DNA of 63,843 nt, the filler included, from Octopus bimaculoides (lineage: Eukaryota), in assembly GCF_001194135.2 (NCBI RefSeq). It is 5 parts of 5 records of this genome, joined end to end, with 100 filler letters (N's around TTAATTAATTAA, not from the genome) between each part and the next. Parts side by side here need not be neighbours in the genome. Positions count along the whole stretch, not along the records: positions 62,817 to 63,843 come from NC_068982.1; 4 more parts are not named here. One strand, 5' to 3'. Under the pieces are notes generated by a model. The model made no database searches and was not told the origin of the DNA. It worked only from the letters and a program-made list of their open reading frames with translations. The position numbers were made by a program, and so were the translations under genes. Below, in pieces: positions 63,246 through 63,843 of this stretch (position 1 is the first letter of the stretch; each line of letters begins with the position of its first letter).

Positions 63246-63519
63246 ATATATTTCAGAGTGTACAGTTAATCAGTTACTCGCTTAAACAAACCAAAAGTCT
63301 GAGTACATTATGTTGTAAGATTTTAGGCCAGGTATTTGCTGTTCGAAGGTAACACATAATGTTTCCAACTCCCCTGTCCTGGATATGCAGGAAACGCTCA
63401 TAAACGCAGCACTTCGTTTCTTTTGACAATGTCATGGCAATGACTGACGATATAGGATATGCTTCATAAAACATAAGCACTATGGTCGGTATCATTATCA
63501 TCGCTGTATTTAAATTCAC

Positions 63520-63603
63520 AACTGCAACACAATCCTGTCATCATCATCATCATCACCCACACCAATATCATCATCATCGTAGTTGTCGTCGTCGTCAGCG
63601 TCG

Positions 63604-63636
<33 letters not shown>

Positions 63637-63737
63637 CCATCACCATTATCATCATCATCATCACCATCATCAACATCATCATCACCACCACCACCATGAC
63701 CATGACCACCACCACCACCACCACCACCATGACCATG

Positions 63738-63779
<42 letters not shown>

Positions 63780-63790
63780 AGCAGAATCGT
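63520..63790. repeat. Compound (CAT/CAC/CGT/CAG)n trinucleotide tract
   Basis: Direct reading; similar tracts at 7855-8110, 12488-12650 and 25350-25580. Confidence 0.9.
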
Positions 63791-63843
63791 TAACCTTACC
63801 ATCCTCATAGACATCGTTATGTTAATCTTCAGCAAAACCAACA

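Noticed and set aside
63464-63841. His-rich and Met/Val-rich ORFs (also Thr-rich 45685-45909)
   Set aside because: Trinucleotide tracts open in several frames; no splice or domain support.

Overview
Repeat-dense, gap-rich draft scaffold from a cephalopod (octopus-type hemocyanin and SINEs), not prokaryotic. Almost all entries in the ORF track are microsatellite or N-gap artefacts. The only firm host genes are two tandem minus-strand hemocyanin paralogues. For gene 1 I can read a TATA+Inr promoter (45404/45373), two tiny signal-peptide exons the ORF track misses (45291-45329, 44605-44632) and the terminal FU-g segment (42604-43479); the gene body is presumably collapsed in a 100-N gap. Gene 2 shows only its FU-g end (55838-56022) plus an oppositely oriented FU-a fragment. 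The rest is SINEs, CR1, RTE and R4/Dong LINEs, mariners, hAT and other MITEs, and two Helitrons. The most interesting non-coding signals are: (i) a well-structured type I hammerhead ribozyme inside a 426-bp terminally redundant retrozyme/Penelope-like unit upstream of the hemocyanin promoter, plus two non-canonical hammerhead-like relatives; (ii) a tRNA-Glu joined to a CR1-type 3' tail whose stem-loop covaries with the tail of the dominant SINE; (iii) a GATA/TGACA repeat module in the hemocyanin promoter; (iv) a 17-bp minisatellite fragmented by several retroelements. Family names come from motif recall, not database searches; repeat boundaries are approximate unless exact motifs are quoted.
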